Below are positions 9,950-20,081 of a stretch of 64,000 nt of DNA, piece by piece. The number at the start of each line of letters is the position of its first letter. Positions within the stretch are counted from its first letter, which is position 1. The notes below the pieces were generated by a model, which made no database searches, was not told the origin of the DNA, and saw nothing but the letters and a program-made list of their open reading frames with translations. Source of the DNA: Limisphaerales bacterium (GTDB lineage: Bacteria; Verrucomicrobiota; Verrucomicrobiia; Limisphaerales; SIBE01); the NCBI GenBank assembly GCA_044225505.1, contig JBGAIN010000016.1, positions 1 through 64,000 on the forward strand, given 5' to 3'. The position numbers and the translations under genes were made by a program.

Positions 9950-9982
9950 CTCGATGAGGTCTCGATGAGGTCTCGATGAGGT
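9950..9982. repeat. Perfect tandem repeat, 3 x 11 bp (CTCGATGAGGT)
   Basis: Read directly at 9950-9960, 9961-9971, 9972-9982. Confidence 0.9.
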
Positions 9983-10192
9983 GCTGGTCAGATTTTGAGC
10001 TGGGTCAGGTCGGGATCGCATGGAGATCGAAGCTTCATTGCACCGCACCGAGACCTCAGCACATCACGATCTAAGGCCGCGCGATCGACGTGGAGCTCAG
10101 CCGCTCAGGTCGACGCTTTGCAACTCTCGTGCGCATTCCACCGGCCGTGGCCGTGGCCGTTTTCCTCGACCTGCCAAAACCGTTAACCGTGT

Positions 10193-10425
10193 TTGGGAAA
10201 AGACTTGCGCGGGTCTGTTAACGCTGGGATTGGGGTGACGTCAGCGGCCACAGGATTGCTGACGCCCGAAGTGCTGGCGAAAGGTCGCGCGGAAGAGGTG
10301 AAAGTCATCGGACCGGGCGAAATCCCCTTTAAGCTTCAGATCAATGGAGAGCAGAGGCAATTGAACGTGGAGCCTTGAGTCACATGGTTCGATGCGTTGC
10401 GCAACCGCCCGGACTGGCCGGGCGG
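10193..10425 (+). pseudogene. Remnant of the (2Fe-2S) small subunit of a xanthine-dehydrogenase/aldehyde oxidoreductase (PaoA/YagT/CoxS-like)
   Basis: KLQINGEQRQLNVEP*VTWFDALRNRPDWPG matches the consensus L.VNG....VEPRVTLLDALR..L.LTG, with an in-frame TGA at 10376-10378; the Cys ligand motifs are missing. Confidence 0.6.
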
Positions 10426-10587
10426 TTCGGCGGCGGCCCTCTATTGGATAGAGCCTGTCGGATCGTGCGAATCCGTTTTGCCGGGGCGGCTGGATCAACC
10501 TCGATCAAACAGTGAAGCCTTGGCCTTGCCCGGATTCCAGGTTCACTTCATACTCTGTCCATGACCATTTCAAAACCACCCATCCAA

Positions 10588-11955
10588 ATGAACTCTGCGC
10601 CGTTCATGATCAATCGCCGAAAGTTTCTGCAGACGGCGGCGGCTTCGGTCGCGCTCTCCACTCTCGGCGCCTACGGTGCAGACGTCATCAATCAAAAGCC
10701 AAAACGAGTCGGTCTGATCGGAACAGGGTGGTACGGGAAGAGCGATTTGTTCCGCCTGATCCAGGTTTCTCCCGTCGAGGTCGTTTCGCTATGTGATGTC
10801 GACACGAAGTTGCTAAACGAAGCGGCGGATCTCGTTAGCCAGAGGCAAAAGTCCAAGCAAAAGCCGCGCACCTATCGCGATTACCGGAAGATGCTCGCCG
10901 AAAAAGACCTGGACATCGTCCTCATCGGAACACCGGATCATTGGCACGCCTTGCAGATGATCGCAGCGGTCGAGTCGGGAGCTGACGTTTACGTGCAAAA
11001 GCCAATTAGCGTCGATGTTCTCGAGGGGGAAGCCATGATGGCGGCTGCGCGAAAACACAATCGCGTTGTGCAAGTCGGCACGCAAAGGAAGAGCACGCCG
11101 CATCTCATTGAGGCGAAAAAGAACATCGTGGATGCTGGCTTGCTCGGCAAGATCTCCCATGTCGAGCTGTGTTGTTACTATCATATGCGAGCCAACGGAA
11201 ATCCGCCGTTGAGCGCCGTGCCGGAGAATCTGGATTATGAGATGTGGACCGGACCAGCGCCCTTACGCCCATATGACGGAACGCCTCACGTTCGCTGGTG
11301 GCGCACTTTCAAAGAATATGGCAACGGGATCGTGGGGGATATGTGCGTGCACATGCTCGACACCGCGCGCTGGATGCTCGGGCTCGGCTGGCCGAAACGA
11401 ATCTTTTCTACCGGCGGGATTTACGTGCAGAAGGAGGGCAAATCGAATATCTCGGATACACAAACCGCGACGTTTGACTACGACGATCTAAGCGTCGTTT
11501 GGCAACACCGCACCTGGGGCACGCCGCCAGATCCTAAATATCCTTGGGCTCTGACTCTCTTTGGAGAGAAGGGAACGCTGAAAGCCAGCGTCACAAGTTA
11601 CGATTTCACCCCGGAAGGCAAGGGCGAATCGATCCACAAGGATTGCATTTTTGAACGGGAACAGTTCCCGGAGGATGTGACGGAAAAGGATATAGAATTG
11701 CACGCAGCTCCAGCAACGCGTCGACATATGCTCGATTTCCTGGCGGCGATTGAAAAGCGAAGCCGACCGGTGGCTGACATCGAACAAGGGCACATTTCAA
11801 CGGCGAGTTGTATCCTGGCGAACCTTTCCATGGAACTCGGGAGACCGCTGGCCTATGATCCGGCCAAACGTATCGTCAGCAACGACTCGGAAGCGACTCA
11901 ACGGCTGCGCCGTCCGTATCGCCAGCCCTGGGAACGGCCTCGGTTGGACGCTTAA
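10588..11955 (+). CDS. Tat-exported Gfo/Idh/MocA family oxidoreductase
   Basis: NRRKFLQ Tat motif; VGLIGTGWYG, IGTPDHWHA, VYVQKP, VQVGTQRKS, GDMCVHMLD; start could be 10561, 10588 or 10606. Confidence 0.92.
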   Translation: MNSAPFMINRRKFLQTAAASVALSTLGAYGADVINQKPKRVGLIGTGWYGKSDLFRLIQVSPVEVVSLCDVDTKLLNEAADLVSQRQKSKQKPRTYRDYRKMLAEKDLDIVLIGTPDHWHALQMIAAVESGADVYVQKPISVDVLEGEAMMAAARKHNRVVQVGTQRKSTPHLIEAKKNIVDAGLLGKISHVELCCYYHMRANGNPPLSAVPENLDYEMWTGPAPLRPYDGTPHVRWWRTFKEYGNGIVGDMCVHMLDTARWMLGLGWPKRIFSTGGIYVQKEGKSNISDTQTATFDYDDLSVVWQHRTWGTPPDPKYPWALTLFGEKGTLKASVTSYDFTPEGKGESIHKDCIFEREQFPEDVTEKDIELHAAPATRRHMLDFLAAIEKRSRPVADIEQGHISTASCILANLSMELGRPLAYDPAKRIVSNDSEATQRLRRPYRQPWERPRLDA

Positions 11956-11977
11956 CGAACCTGAGCAAAGGGCGGAG

Positions 11978-12627
11978 ATGAACCTTTCCCGTCGTGGCTT
12001 CATCCAGACCGGGAGTTGCGCGGTGATTTCAGTCACTGCGCAATTCCCTGCCGTTGTCGGCAACGTTACGGTCGAGGCGGGACACTTGCCGAACTCCACG
12101 CTGGGGCCGAGTTGGTGCCGTCGAGCCATGCGCTGGGCAGTTGACATTGGCAGAGGATGACCCTGGGAAGTAAGATCCGCAGTTTTAGCTCGATGACTTT
12201 CGCGAGATCCCACCTTTGTTGCGCCCCTGACTCTCATTCCGTCGTATCCGGACTTGCCTTGGAGAAGGTTAATCCGCGCCAGCCCAGGCCGGTTGCTTCG
12301 GAACGCTGTGACTTGGGCGCTCCACGAGGAACCTCGGGACTGGGGGCAAGGTTCAGGGGTGCTCGATATTTCGGTGTGGCAGCAAGAAGACGCGGTGACA
12401 GTTCACCGGGTCAATTTAACCAACCCCATGATGATGAAAGGCCGAATCTGCGAGTTCGTGCCGCTGCCGGAATAGGTGCTGCGTGTTCGACTTCCGATGG
12501 GGTGCAGGCGGGCAGAGTACGGCGCTTGGTTTCCGGGCATAAACCCGAGGTGACAATCGCTCCGCCTTATGTCGAGATGAAGATCCCATCGATTTTGGAC
12601 CATGAACTGGTCGTCCTCGACGTTTAG
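11978..12627 (+). pseudogene. Degraded Tat-signal glycoside-hydrolase-like gene (GHL6 / beta-galactosidase-trimerisation type) with large internal deletion
   Basis: MNLSRRGFIQ Tat signal; RAMRWA[frameshift]LTLAEDDPGK*DPQF*LDDFREI; then a C-terminal piece GRLLRNAVTWALHEEP..GVLDISVWQQ..VNLTNPMMMKG..IPSILDHELVVLDV in several frames. Confidence 0.7.
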
Positions 12628-12775
12628 GGAGACTTCCAGCTCAAGCCGGGCAGGGAACACCCTGGCTTTCATCGTGCCAGCGCCCACCTGAGTGAGGTGT
12701 CCGCAATTTGCGGACAGCGCCAGCGATTCACGGTAACCTCCGACGCAGAACCTTTAATTGTTCTAAACGAAAGGC

Positions 12776-13093
12776 TTAGCTGACCGCCAGCAATTCCACT
12801 TCAAAAATGAGGGTTGCGTTCGGTGGGATCGCTCCGGGATAACCTTGCGAACCGTAGGCCAGTTCTGGCGGGATGGTAAGACGGGCTTTGTCTCCGACGC
12901 GCAAGGTTGCCACGCCTTGATCCCAGCCTTGAATGACTTCGCCAGCTCCAAGCACAAAGGAGAATGGCTCGTTCCGGTCGACGGAACTATCGAATTTAGT
13001 GCCGTTGGGGAGCCATCCGGTGTAGTGGACGGTGACGGTGTTTCCAGACTGTGGCGCGGGTCCGTTGCCTGAGGCTAGCTTTTCAATTTTCAT
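12776..13093 (-). CDS. FKBP-type peptidyl-prolyl cis-trans isomerase
   Basis: VTVHYTGWL..GTKFDSSVDR..VIQGWDQG..IPPELAYG..IPPNATLIFEVELL. Confidence 0.95.
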   Translation of the reverse strand: MKIEKLASGNGPAPQSGNTVTVHYTGWLPNGTKFDSSVDRNEPFSFVLGAGEVIQGWDQGVATLRVGDKARLTIPPELAYGSQGYPGAIPPNATLIFEVELLAVS

Positions 13094-13117
13094 AATGGCG
13101 GCGTTGTGCAGTTGGGG

Positions 13118-13597
13118 TTATTCGACAGTCAGAATCTTGTATTTCACCGTGGCACCCCCCAACTTAGCGGTCCAACGTTGGCCGGCTTTCTTCCCCATCA
13201 ATTGTTCGCCCAGGGGAGATTGGGGAGTAATTACGGTCACTTCCCTGCCATCGCAAAGGATGTCCATGCCTCCATTCCTCGGGCCGAGAAAGTAGAATAT
13301 TGACGTTGCGTCGGCCTGGAGTTCCACGACGGCGGCGAGATCGATCGGTTCGCCCGGGGCGAAGTCCCGGATCGCGAGGTTCTCGTAAACCTTAATGGAC
13401 TCGAGCAGTTCTTTCGCCTGGCGCGCTTGGCCGCCAGCGAGGTAAGCCGCCTCAAGGCCGCGTGTGTCGTATTTGTTCTCGGCTTTGCTGCTCTCGTGAG
13501 TGGCCTCGGCATGCGAGGCCCGAGCCGCCTTCTCGAGCACCGCGAAGTTGTCGCTCAGTTGGGTGACAATCTGTTGGAGAAGCTCCGCCTTATTCAT
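13118..13597 (-). CDS. GreA/GreB family transcription elongation factor-like protein
   Basis: N-terminal coiled coil with ATHESSKAENKYDTRGLEAAYLA; C-terminal VITPQSPLGEQLMGK; probable start MNKAELL at 13597. Confidence 0.85.
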   Translation of the reverse strand: MNKAELLQQIVTQLSDNFAVLEKAARASHAEATHESSKAENKYDTRGLEAAYLAGGQARQAKELLESIKVYENLAIRDFAPGEPIDLAAVVELQADATSIFYFLGPRNGGMDILCDGREVTVITPQSPLGEQLMGKKAGQRWTAKLGGATVKYKILTVE

Positions 13598-13796
13598 GAG
13601 AGAGGTCAAGCGGTGCGGTCGCGAGCTTGGCATGCTTCACCAGGGCACAGAACTGCTTCTTCGTCGCGCGATGGTGTGTGCCTTCTTTGGATTCGATATC
13701 GACCATCTGTTTGTATTCTACCGCGAGTCGCTCTAGAACAACGATGCGGATGAACTTACCGCCCACATCCCAGAGTTGGCCTTGGCGTAATTTCAT
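13590..13796 (-). CDS. Small hypothetical protein
   Basis: 68 aa; abuts the ychF stop and overlaps the greA-like start, consistent with operon coupling. Confidence 0.65.
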   Translation of the reverse strand: MKLRQGQLWDVGGKFIRIVVLERLAVEYKQMVDIESKEGTHHRATKKQFCALVKHAKLATAPLDLSHE

Positions 13797-14899
13797 CAGA
13801 CGTTAAATTTGAAGAGCAGCACGTCGCCATCTTGCACGACATATTCTTTGCCTTCCATCCGATAAAGGCCTTTTTCACGCGCAGCGGCGACCGAGCCGCA
13901 CTTGACCAGGTCGTCGTAAGCGACCGTTTCCGCTTTGATAAAGCCGCGTTCAAAGTCACTGTGGATGACGCCAGCAGCGGCCGGAGCGGTATCTCCCGCG
14001 TGGATCGTCCACGCACGGGCTTCTTTTTCACCGGCCGTGAAGTACGTCCGAAGCCCCAACAGCCGATAGGTGCTGCGAATCAGTGCGCCAATCCCAGACT
14101 CCTGAACCCCTAGCGATTGCAGAAACTCCTGTGCTTCACTGGGCGAAAGGTCGACCAGATCACTTTCGATCTGCGCGCTGATAACGACCGTATCGCAAGC
14201 GATATGAGTGCGGGCATACTCGCGTACTTTGTTCACGTGCGGGTTGGAATCGGCGGTGGCCAAGTCCGCCTCTTTCACATTGGCCGCAAAGATCGTCGGC
14301 TTGTCCGTGAGGAGGAAAAAGCCGCGCGCAATCCCTTGCTCTTCGGGAGTGAGAGTCAGAGTGATCGCCGGTTTACCGCCATTCAGATGGGGGATCAACT
14401 TGTTGAGCACCTCGGCTTCCGCGACCGCGACTTTGTCCCCGCGCTTGGCGTCTTTAGCTCCCTTGTCCAGGCGTTTCTGCACCGCTTCCAGATCAGCGAG
14501 GACTAATTCAGTGAGAATGGTTTCAATGTCGCGAACGGGGTCGATAGCGCCAGCCACGTGATGAATGTCCGGATCTTCAAAGCAGCGAACGACCTGCACA
14601 ATGGCATCCACCTCGCGGATATGGGTCAGAAATTTGTTTCCTAATCCTTCACCCTGTGCGGCTCCCTTGACCAGGCCGGCAATATCTACGAACTCAATCG
14701 CTGCCGGGATGATTACGGACGTGCGAGCGATTTTCGCCAGCACTGCCAGCCGATCATCCGGGACGGTGACGATGCCGACGTTCGGATCGATCGTACAAAA
14801 AGGATAGTTCGCCGCCTGCGCTTTGCGGGTGCGCGTGACGGCATTAAAAAGGGTGGACTTGCCAACGTTTGGCAAGCCGACAATACCGGCTCTCAGCAT
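13796..14899 (-). CDS. ychF: Redox-regulated ATPase YchF (Obg family)
   Basis: [73 protein letters not shown]. Confidence 0.97.
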   Translation of the reverse strand: MLRAGIVGLPNVGKSTLFNAVTRTRKAQAANYPFCTIDPNVGIVTVPDDRLAVLAKIARTSVIIPAAIEFVDIAGLVKGAAQGEGLGNKFLTHIREVDAIVQVVRCFEDPDIHHVAGAIDPVRDIETILTELVLADLEAVQKRLDKGAKDAKRGDKVAVAEAEVLNKLIPHLNGGKPAITLTLTPEEQGIARGFFLLTDKPTIFAANVKEADLATADSNPHVNKVREYARTHIACDTVVISAQIESDLVDLSPSEAQEFLQSLGVQESGIGALIRSTYRLLGLRTYFTAGEKEARAWTIHAGDTAPAAAGVIHSDFERGFIKAETVAYDDLVKCGSVAAAREKGLYRMEGKEYVVQDGDVLLFKFNV

Positions 14900-15329
14900 A
14901 GACTCTTTTCGGTTGCGATGGGCGTGCGGTGGGACTCAAATGCCGGGGGCACTCCCTGATCTGCTCTTCACAGGTCATCCGATCCATCGCTCGGACCTAC
15001 AGGACCCGCACACTCATGCTCTCTTTTGGCCTGATCCGCAACTCGTTTTTCGCGTTGGAACGTCCGGGTGGTGATGGATTAAGCTTCAACCTCGCCTTGT
15101 GGGGTCCGCTCCGCGGGGGCCTCGGCGGTGAGTTCGAGGCAGATTCGGTCAGCTTCGTGCGCTTAGATCTATCGACGGATCGTTGATGGCAGTCCTCGCT
15201 CTTCAATCTCGTGAATCGGAGACCGGGGACATCACGCCGGGTTGGTGATGCCTCGTCGAAACCGCGCCGACTATGGCTTTCCTGCGGGCCTTTACGCAAC
15301 CGGATGAGGAGCCGGTCCGACCCGGGGGG

Positions 15330-16589
15330 TCATGTTTGAAGGAGGAGCGCCAGATCGGTGTGCCCACCGAATTCAGCCCATTGAGCTGGCGTCGCGTCAA
15401 AATAGCGGTCTCGAATGTGTCGATCGGCATTATGCTTTAGCAAGAGACTAACGGTTGCCTTGTGACCTTCGCCTGCGGCGAGGTGCAGTGGGGAAGGGGT
15501 GGAGTCGTCAGTAACAGCATTCGCGTCGGCTCCGGCAGCCAGCAGGAGGCTCGCGCATCCGGTTGCACCGCGGGCGGCGGCGAGGTGCAACGGCGCTGTT
15601 TGTGACGGAACCTCTCGGAGCAACTGTGGAAATCGAGTATTGGGGTCAGCGCCGCTTCGGAGCAGAAGCTCGAGAATCTCTTCTGCCCCAGCCCGAATCG
15701 CGACAAAGAGCAGCCCCGCCAGTTGCTGCGCGTCGGCGGTGCTCTCTCGGAGCACCTCAGTAATCGTGGGAATGTCGCCGCTGAGAACTACCGCGGAAAG
15801 GTCAAAAGGCGCGCCATGCTCTCGCAGGATTCGCACGGTCCGTTCGTCGTGTTTGCTCATTGCGAGTCCGAGCGGCGTTACTCCAAGAGTCGTGCGCGCA
15901 TTGAGGTCTGCACCGAGCTGAAGGAGGAACTCGACGATTTGGCTCAAGCCGCGGCTGCTGGCCAGATGCAACGGTTGCATTCCGCCGGCAGCGACTCCGA
16001 GCTTGCGCCGCAAAGCGCTTAAATCACGGATGACAACGCGACGGATGTCATCAGGTCGGTCCTGGACTACCGCGCTGAAGATATCCATTGGAGCGCCTGC
16101 CTCCACTAAGAATGCTGCTGTGGCAGGCTTGTCTTTGTGATACGCAGGCTCCCATTGCACAACCGCGGCCCATCCAAGCGGGCTCAAATGGTACCAGCTG
16201 TCTTCGGGATGCAGGAGTGCTCCGTGTCGCACGAGGGTTCTGGCGACATCTAAGTGTCCTCCCTCAGCCGCCCAGTGCAGCGGAGTCGTGTCACTGGCCG
16301 CCTCTCGGGCGTGCACGTCGGCGCCGTTTGATAGAAGCAACTCGACCATGTCCCGCAGGCCACGATGCGCGGCGGCGTGCAACGCTGTCGTACCGATTGC
16401 CCAGGCGTGGGCGTGGGCCAAACTGGCATCTAAGGCAAGTGCAGCCCTGACCGCCGTCAATTGATTCGACGTTACCAGATCGAGGAACTCGTTCGCGTTC
16501 ACAGACAGCTTCGTTTCGTTAGTCCCACGGAGATCAGCTCCGTTGTGTACTAGTCCGGAGAGTAGCACCCGAGTCATTCGAACCGTCAA
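15330..16589 (-). CDS. Ankyrin repeat protein
   Basis: Multiple TALHAAA / TPLHWAA / QPLHLAS / SPLHLAA..G..LL..GAD repeats; true start may be the GTG at 16502. Confidence 0.9.
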   Translation of the reverse strand: MTVRMTRVLLSGLVHNGADLRGTNETKLSVNANEFLDLVTSNQLTAVRAALALDASLAHAHAWAIGTTALHAAAHRGLRDMVELLLSNGADVHAREAASDTTPLHWAAEGGHLDVARTLVRHGALLHPEDSWYHLSPLGWAAVVQWEPAYHKDKPATAAFLVEAGAPMDIFSAVVQDRPDDIRRVVIRDLSALRRKLGVAAGGMQPLHLASSRGLSQIVEFLLQLGADLNARTTLGVTPLGLAMSKHDERTVRILREHGAPFDLSAVVLSGDIPTITEVLRESTADAQQLAGLLFVAIRAGAEEILELLLRSGADPNTRFPQLLREVPSQTAPLHLAAARGATGCASLLLAAGADANAVTDDSTPSPLHLAAGEGHKATVSLLLKHNADRHIRDRYFDATPAQWAEFGGHTDLALLLQT

Positions 16590-16696
16590 GGGTTAACATC
16601 GCGAGAGAAAGCATTAGCGCACCGCCGTCTCGAGCGTGCCGACGCGAGGTGATGACGTCGAGCTCAGGTGGCTCGCCGCGAACTCCAACCGAGCAC

Positions 16697-18181
16697 CTAC
16701 GGTTTGATCAACTGAAAGAAACCGGCCGCTCCTGACGGAAGGGCGCTTTGGTGGATCAGGGTCACGCGACGAGCTCCAACCAGGAGCGGGTCGGCAGCTT
16801 TGGTCCAAGGTCCGGTAACGCTGGATGCCATTCGCAATGAGAACCCAGTGTCTGGCAGGTTCCAGCTCACGAGATAGGCTAAGTCCGGGGTGGTCGTAAT
16901 GACTCCCCCCGCATCCTGTGCTCGAATCGCCCACTTTGAGGAATCTAACTGAGCTGATTGAAAAGTGTCATCAACGACGACGCTAGTGCCTTTAGTGATC
17001 TGAATGCGTGAAATCACGGCAGATAGGCCAACGCGCGTGCCCGCGTTGGGTTGAATCCCAAATAAGGCGCTGACACCTTTTGTCGTGGGCTCGTAAAGCG
17101 CAGCATCGGCGTCGGGAATGAGAAGGTCTGTCGTCGAGTTGTCTGGCGCTGTGAGGGTCACATGGGTGCCGTCTTTGAAGCTAATACTCCAAGTGCCAAG
17201 CATCGACGGTGCTCTGACCTGCCCAAGCACGCCGACAGGTCCCGCCGCGGCGTTTGCCGCGGTCCGATAGAGCATGCCGTTCGCCGGTCCGTCCGTGCTC
17301 ACATATTGGAACTCCAAGAGGATGACGTTGGCATCTGTCCAGTCTGGGGAAGTATCACCGGCGGAGTCTGTCGATAGGATGATGTGACCTTGAAACCCTG
17401 CGTAGGCTGTTTTGTCTGGGAAGTCGGCCCAGGTCACAGAATAAGTTACGGGACCGGGTTGATTTGCCCACCAAAGCTGGTTGGCCAGGTCTTCTGAAGG
17501 GAGGTAAACGACGTTCTGCCGCTGATATGCTTGGCCGGGTGCACTGGCGTAGAGCTTGAGGCCGGCGGCAGGATTCTTGGCTAGTATGACCGTTGGCGTA
17601 GGAGGAGCTGAGGGAGCGTTGGTAAACACCAGATTGTCCAGGTAATAGGTGATCGGGCCTCCGAACGAACCGCTTCCGTTTTGGATGATAATGCCGGAAA
17701 GCGATCCTTCAGTGGGAGCCAACGGAAAAGTGACCGTGGTCCAATTCGTCGTCGTTAGATTGACCCCGCCCATGGCGCTGGAATCCGGCCGCTTGAATTC
17801 GAAGTAGCCATACTGTCCTGTCGCCGTAGCGGCGGATGTCGGATCCACTTTAATATCCACCGAGACAGACACGTAGTCGGATCCGACCACCGGTGGATCG
17901 AAGTTGCGCGTGATAACCATCTGCTCCCAACCGTTGTCCGCAGGGGTGAAGTAATCCGCGGTGACTTTCAATGAACCAGAGCTTCCAGATCCTTTCGAAT
18001 CTTCATTGGACCATTCCAGGACGGGAGAACTCCCCCACGTGGCGCTCCAAGCACTGATGCTGGTCTCGTCATCAAACGTATCGATGACCGTGTTAGCATC
18101 GACCTTGGACTGCCGCAGTTGAATGGTGCACACGGATAAGACAACGAACGCCAGTTTGAGAAAAAGTGGTTTTGCTTTCAT
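16697..18181 (-). CDS. Secreted beta-rich hypothetical protein (CBM-like N-terminal domain) with C-terminal FFQL domain
   Basis: Signal peptide MKAKPLFLKLAFVVLSVC; CBM-like TFDDE..W..GSLKV...YYLDNL; ends GPW...GFFQLIKP. Confidence 0.7.
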   Translation of the reverse strand: MKAKPLFLKLAFVVLSVCTIQLRQSKVDANTVIDTFDDETSISAWSATWGSSPVLEWSNEDSKGSGSSGSLKVTADYFTPADNGWEQMVITRNFDPPVVGSDYVSVSVDIKVDPTSAATATGQYGYFEFKRPDSSAMGGVNLTTTNWTTVTFPLAPTEGSLSGIIIQNGSGSFGGPITYYLDNLVFTNAPSAPPTPTVILAKNPAAGLKLYASAPGQAYQRQNVVYLPSEDLANQLWWANQPGPVTYSVTWADFPDKTAYAGFQGHIILSTDSAGDTSPDWTDANVILLEFQYVSTDGPANGMLYRTAANAAAGPVGVLGQVRAPSMLGTWSISFKDGTHVTLTAPDNSTTDLLIPDADAALYEPTTKGVSALFGIQPNAGTRVGLSAVISRIQITKGTSVVVDDTFQSAQLDSSKWAIRAQDAGGVITTTPDLAYLVSWNLPDTGFSLRMASSVTGPWTKAADPLLVGARRVTLIHQSALPSGAAGFFQLIKP

Positions 18182-18585
18182 AAGGTTCTATGGGATGTCG
18201 TGGCGACACATCGGCCTTGATTCTTGCGTGGCTTTGATGAGCTGAGATTACCTGGTTTGGCGGAGGATGCATGTCATCAAAACTGGTGACAAAGCCGGGG
18301 GGGTACCGTGAGCCGAGTCGATGGGTCGACCGCAAGTCAATCGCTATCGGTGAGGGCCTACGGCAAGGGCTCAAAAGGACCTAACCAGTCTTGGGCTTTG
18401 TCGCGTGTGGACAGCGATGTCTCAATGACGAACACTTTAGAGACTCCGTTTTCTTGGTCTAGGTGCTACGTAATATGTTGTCCACGAATCATTTGGTTCC
18501 GTTGCGAGGTGGTTAACTCTAACGATTCTCGGCGGCATGGAACTGGCTGGCAGAGTCTCTGATCGTTTGGCCGCGTGGACCCATC

Positions 18586-20052
18586 ATGCAGTGGTGGACT
18601 CGACAACAACTCACTTCGCGAGACCCAAAACGCCGCATTACGGCACTTGGGAAACTCGCGGAGCATCCGAGCTCGTCGAGCGAAGCGCTCGCCCTCCAGC
18701 TCGTCGAGGACGCTGATCCGGGTGTGCGCTTGGCCGCCATCGAGGTTTTAACGCAGCTACCGCATGACCGAGCGGCGGTCTGCTTGACCAAATGCAGTCG
18801 CCATGCCGATCCTGCGATCCGAGAACGGTGTTTGCGGGGTCTCGCGAGTCTCAAGGATCCTGAACTTGCAGCTCCGCTGAGTGGTTTTTTACGAGATAGC
18901 CAATTGTCTGTCCGAACCGCGGCCGCTCGAACGCTCGAGCAACTTGGTTGGAAGCCAAGCAACGAAGTCGAGACTGCGTTGTTAGCTGTTGCAAATCAGG
19001 ATTTTAGCTCCGCTGCTCAATGCGGTGCCGTCGCGATTGAACCCCTATTGGCCGTGCTCGCCGACCCGGGCTATTCGAATCGGCGGGCGGTTGTTCTGGC
19101 CTTGGCTGAGATTGGCGACGTTCGCACGACGAAAGCTCTGATGTCGGCGACACGCGATGTCGACCCCAGTGTTCGCGTTGTCGCTTTTGAGGCGTTGGGA
19201 GACCTTAACGAACCGGGTGTCGCTGATACGGTTCGGCTGGGACTGCGAGATACCAACGCGAATGTCCGGGCCGCGTGTGCGGAGAGTGTTGGCCGCTTGG
19301 GAGATTTGGGAGCCGTGGAGTTGCTGCTCACGACCGTGCGAGACAATCATTGGTCGGTGCGAAAGGCTTCTGTAGAGGCTTTGGGGAGGCTTAAAGACCA
19401 TCGTGCCATGACGGCTCTGGTCTCGAGGTTAAGCGATTCGGATCACGACGTGCGGTTGGCGGCTGCGGACGCGCTGGGCAACCTACGTTCCCCGGGCGCT
19501 ATCGAGGCGTTGATTGGAGCTTTGATTGACGCACACGCTCCGGTCCGACGCGCAGCGGGCAACTCGTTGCGTCGCATCGATTCCCATTGGGAACAGTCTG
19601 TTGGAGCCCAAGCAGCAGCACCGAGACTGAAAGGCGCACTCAATACGAACGACTACCTGGTCCGGCAGGCCGCAGCGGATATCTTGACTCGCATTGGCGC
19701 AGCAGCGGCTGTCGATCGAGAGCCCGCCGCGCTGTCTCACGCTTCACTTTATAGAAAGCAGGCTTCGCTGGAGGTCTTTCTATCGTGCTTGGATAATCCT
19801 GACCGCGATCTGCGTTTGGCAGCGGTAGAGGCGCTAGGTCGTATTTCAGATCCGGCCAGCTTAACGGCGTTGCGCAAGATTGCGGTGGACAACGAGGAAG
19901 ATCGATGGGTTCGGGCTGCGGCCGAGGGGGTTTTGCCTCGTCTGAACCGAGGATCTGGGCCCCCGACATTTACCAGCCTGTCTGAACCCGATGCGGGGAA
20001 GATCGTTCGTCTCGCTTTGTGGGAAGAAGAAGAAAAGCAGCGCTCAAGGTGA
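18586..20052 (+). CDS. HEAT (PBS-lyase-like) repeat protein
   Basis: More than 10 repeats of D.D..VR..AA.ALG.L. Confidence 0.9.
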   Translation: MQWWTRQQLTSRDPKRRITALGKLAEHPSSSSEALALQLVEDADPGVRLAAIEVLTQLPHDRAAVCLTKCSRHADPAIRERCLRGLASLKDPELAAPLSGFLRDSQLSVRTAAARTLEQLGWKPSNEVETALLAVANQDFSSAAQCGAVAIEPLLAVLADPGYSNRRAVVLALAEIGDVRTTKALMSATRDVDPSVRVVAFEALGDLNEPGVADTVRLGLRDTNANVRAACAESVGRLGDLGAVELLLTTVRDNHWSVRKASVEALGRLKDHRAMTALVSRLSDSDHDVRLAAADALGNLRSPGAIEALIGALIDAHAPVRRAAGNSLRRIDSHWEQSVGAQAAAPRLKGALNTNDYLVRQAAADILTRIGAAAAVDREPAALSHASLYRKQASLEVFLSCLDNPDRDLRLAAVEALGRISDPASLTALRKIAVDNEEDRWVRAAAEGVLPRLNRGSGPPTFTSLSEPDAGKIVRLALWEEEEKQRSR

Positions 20053-20081
20053 AACTGGAATTGCCGATAAGGAAATCAAAG

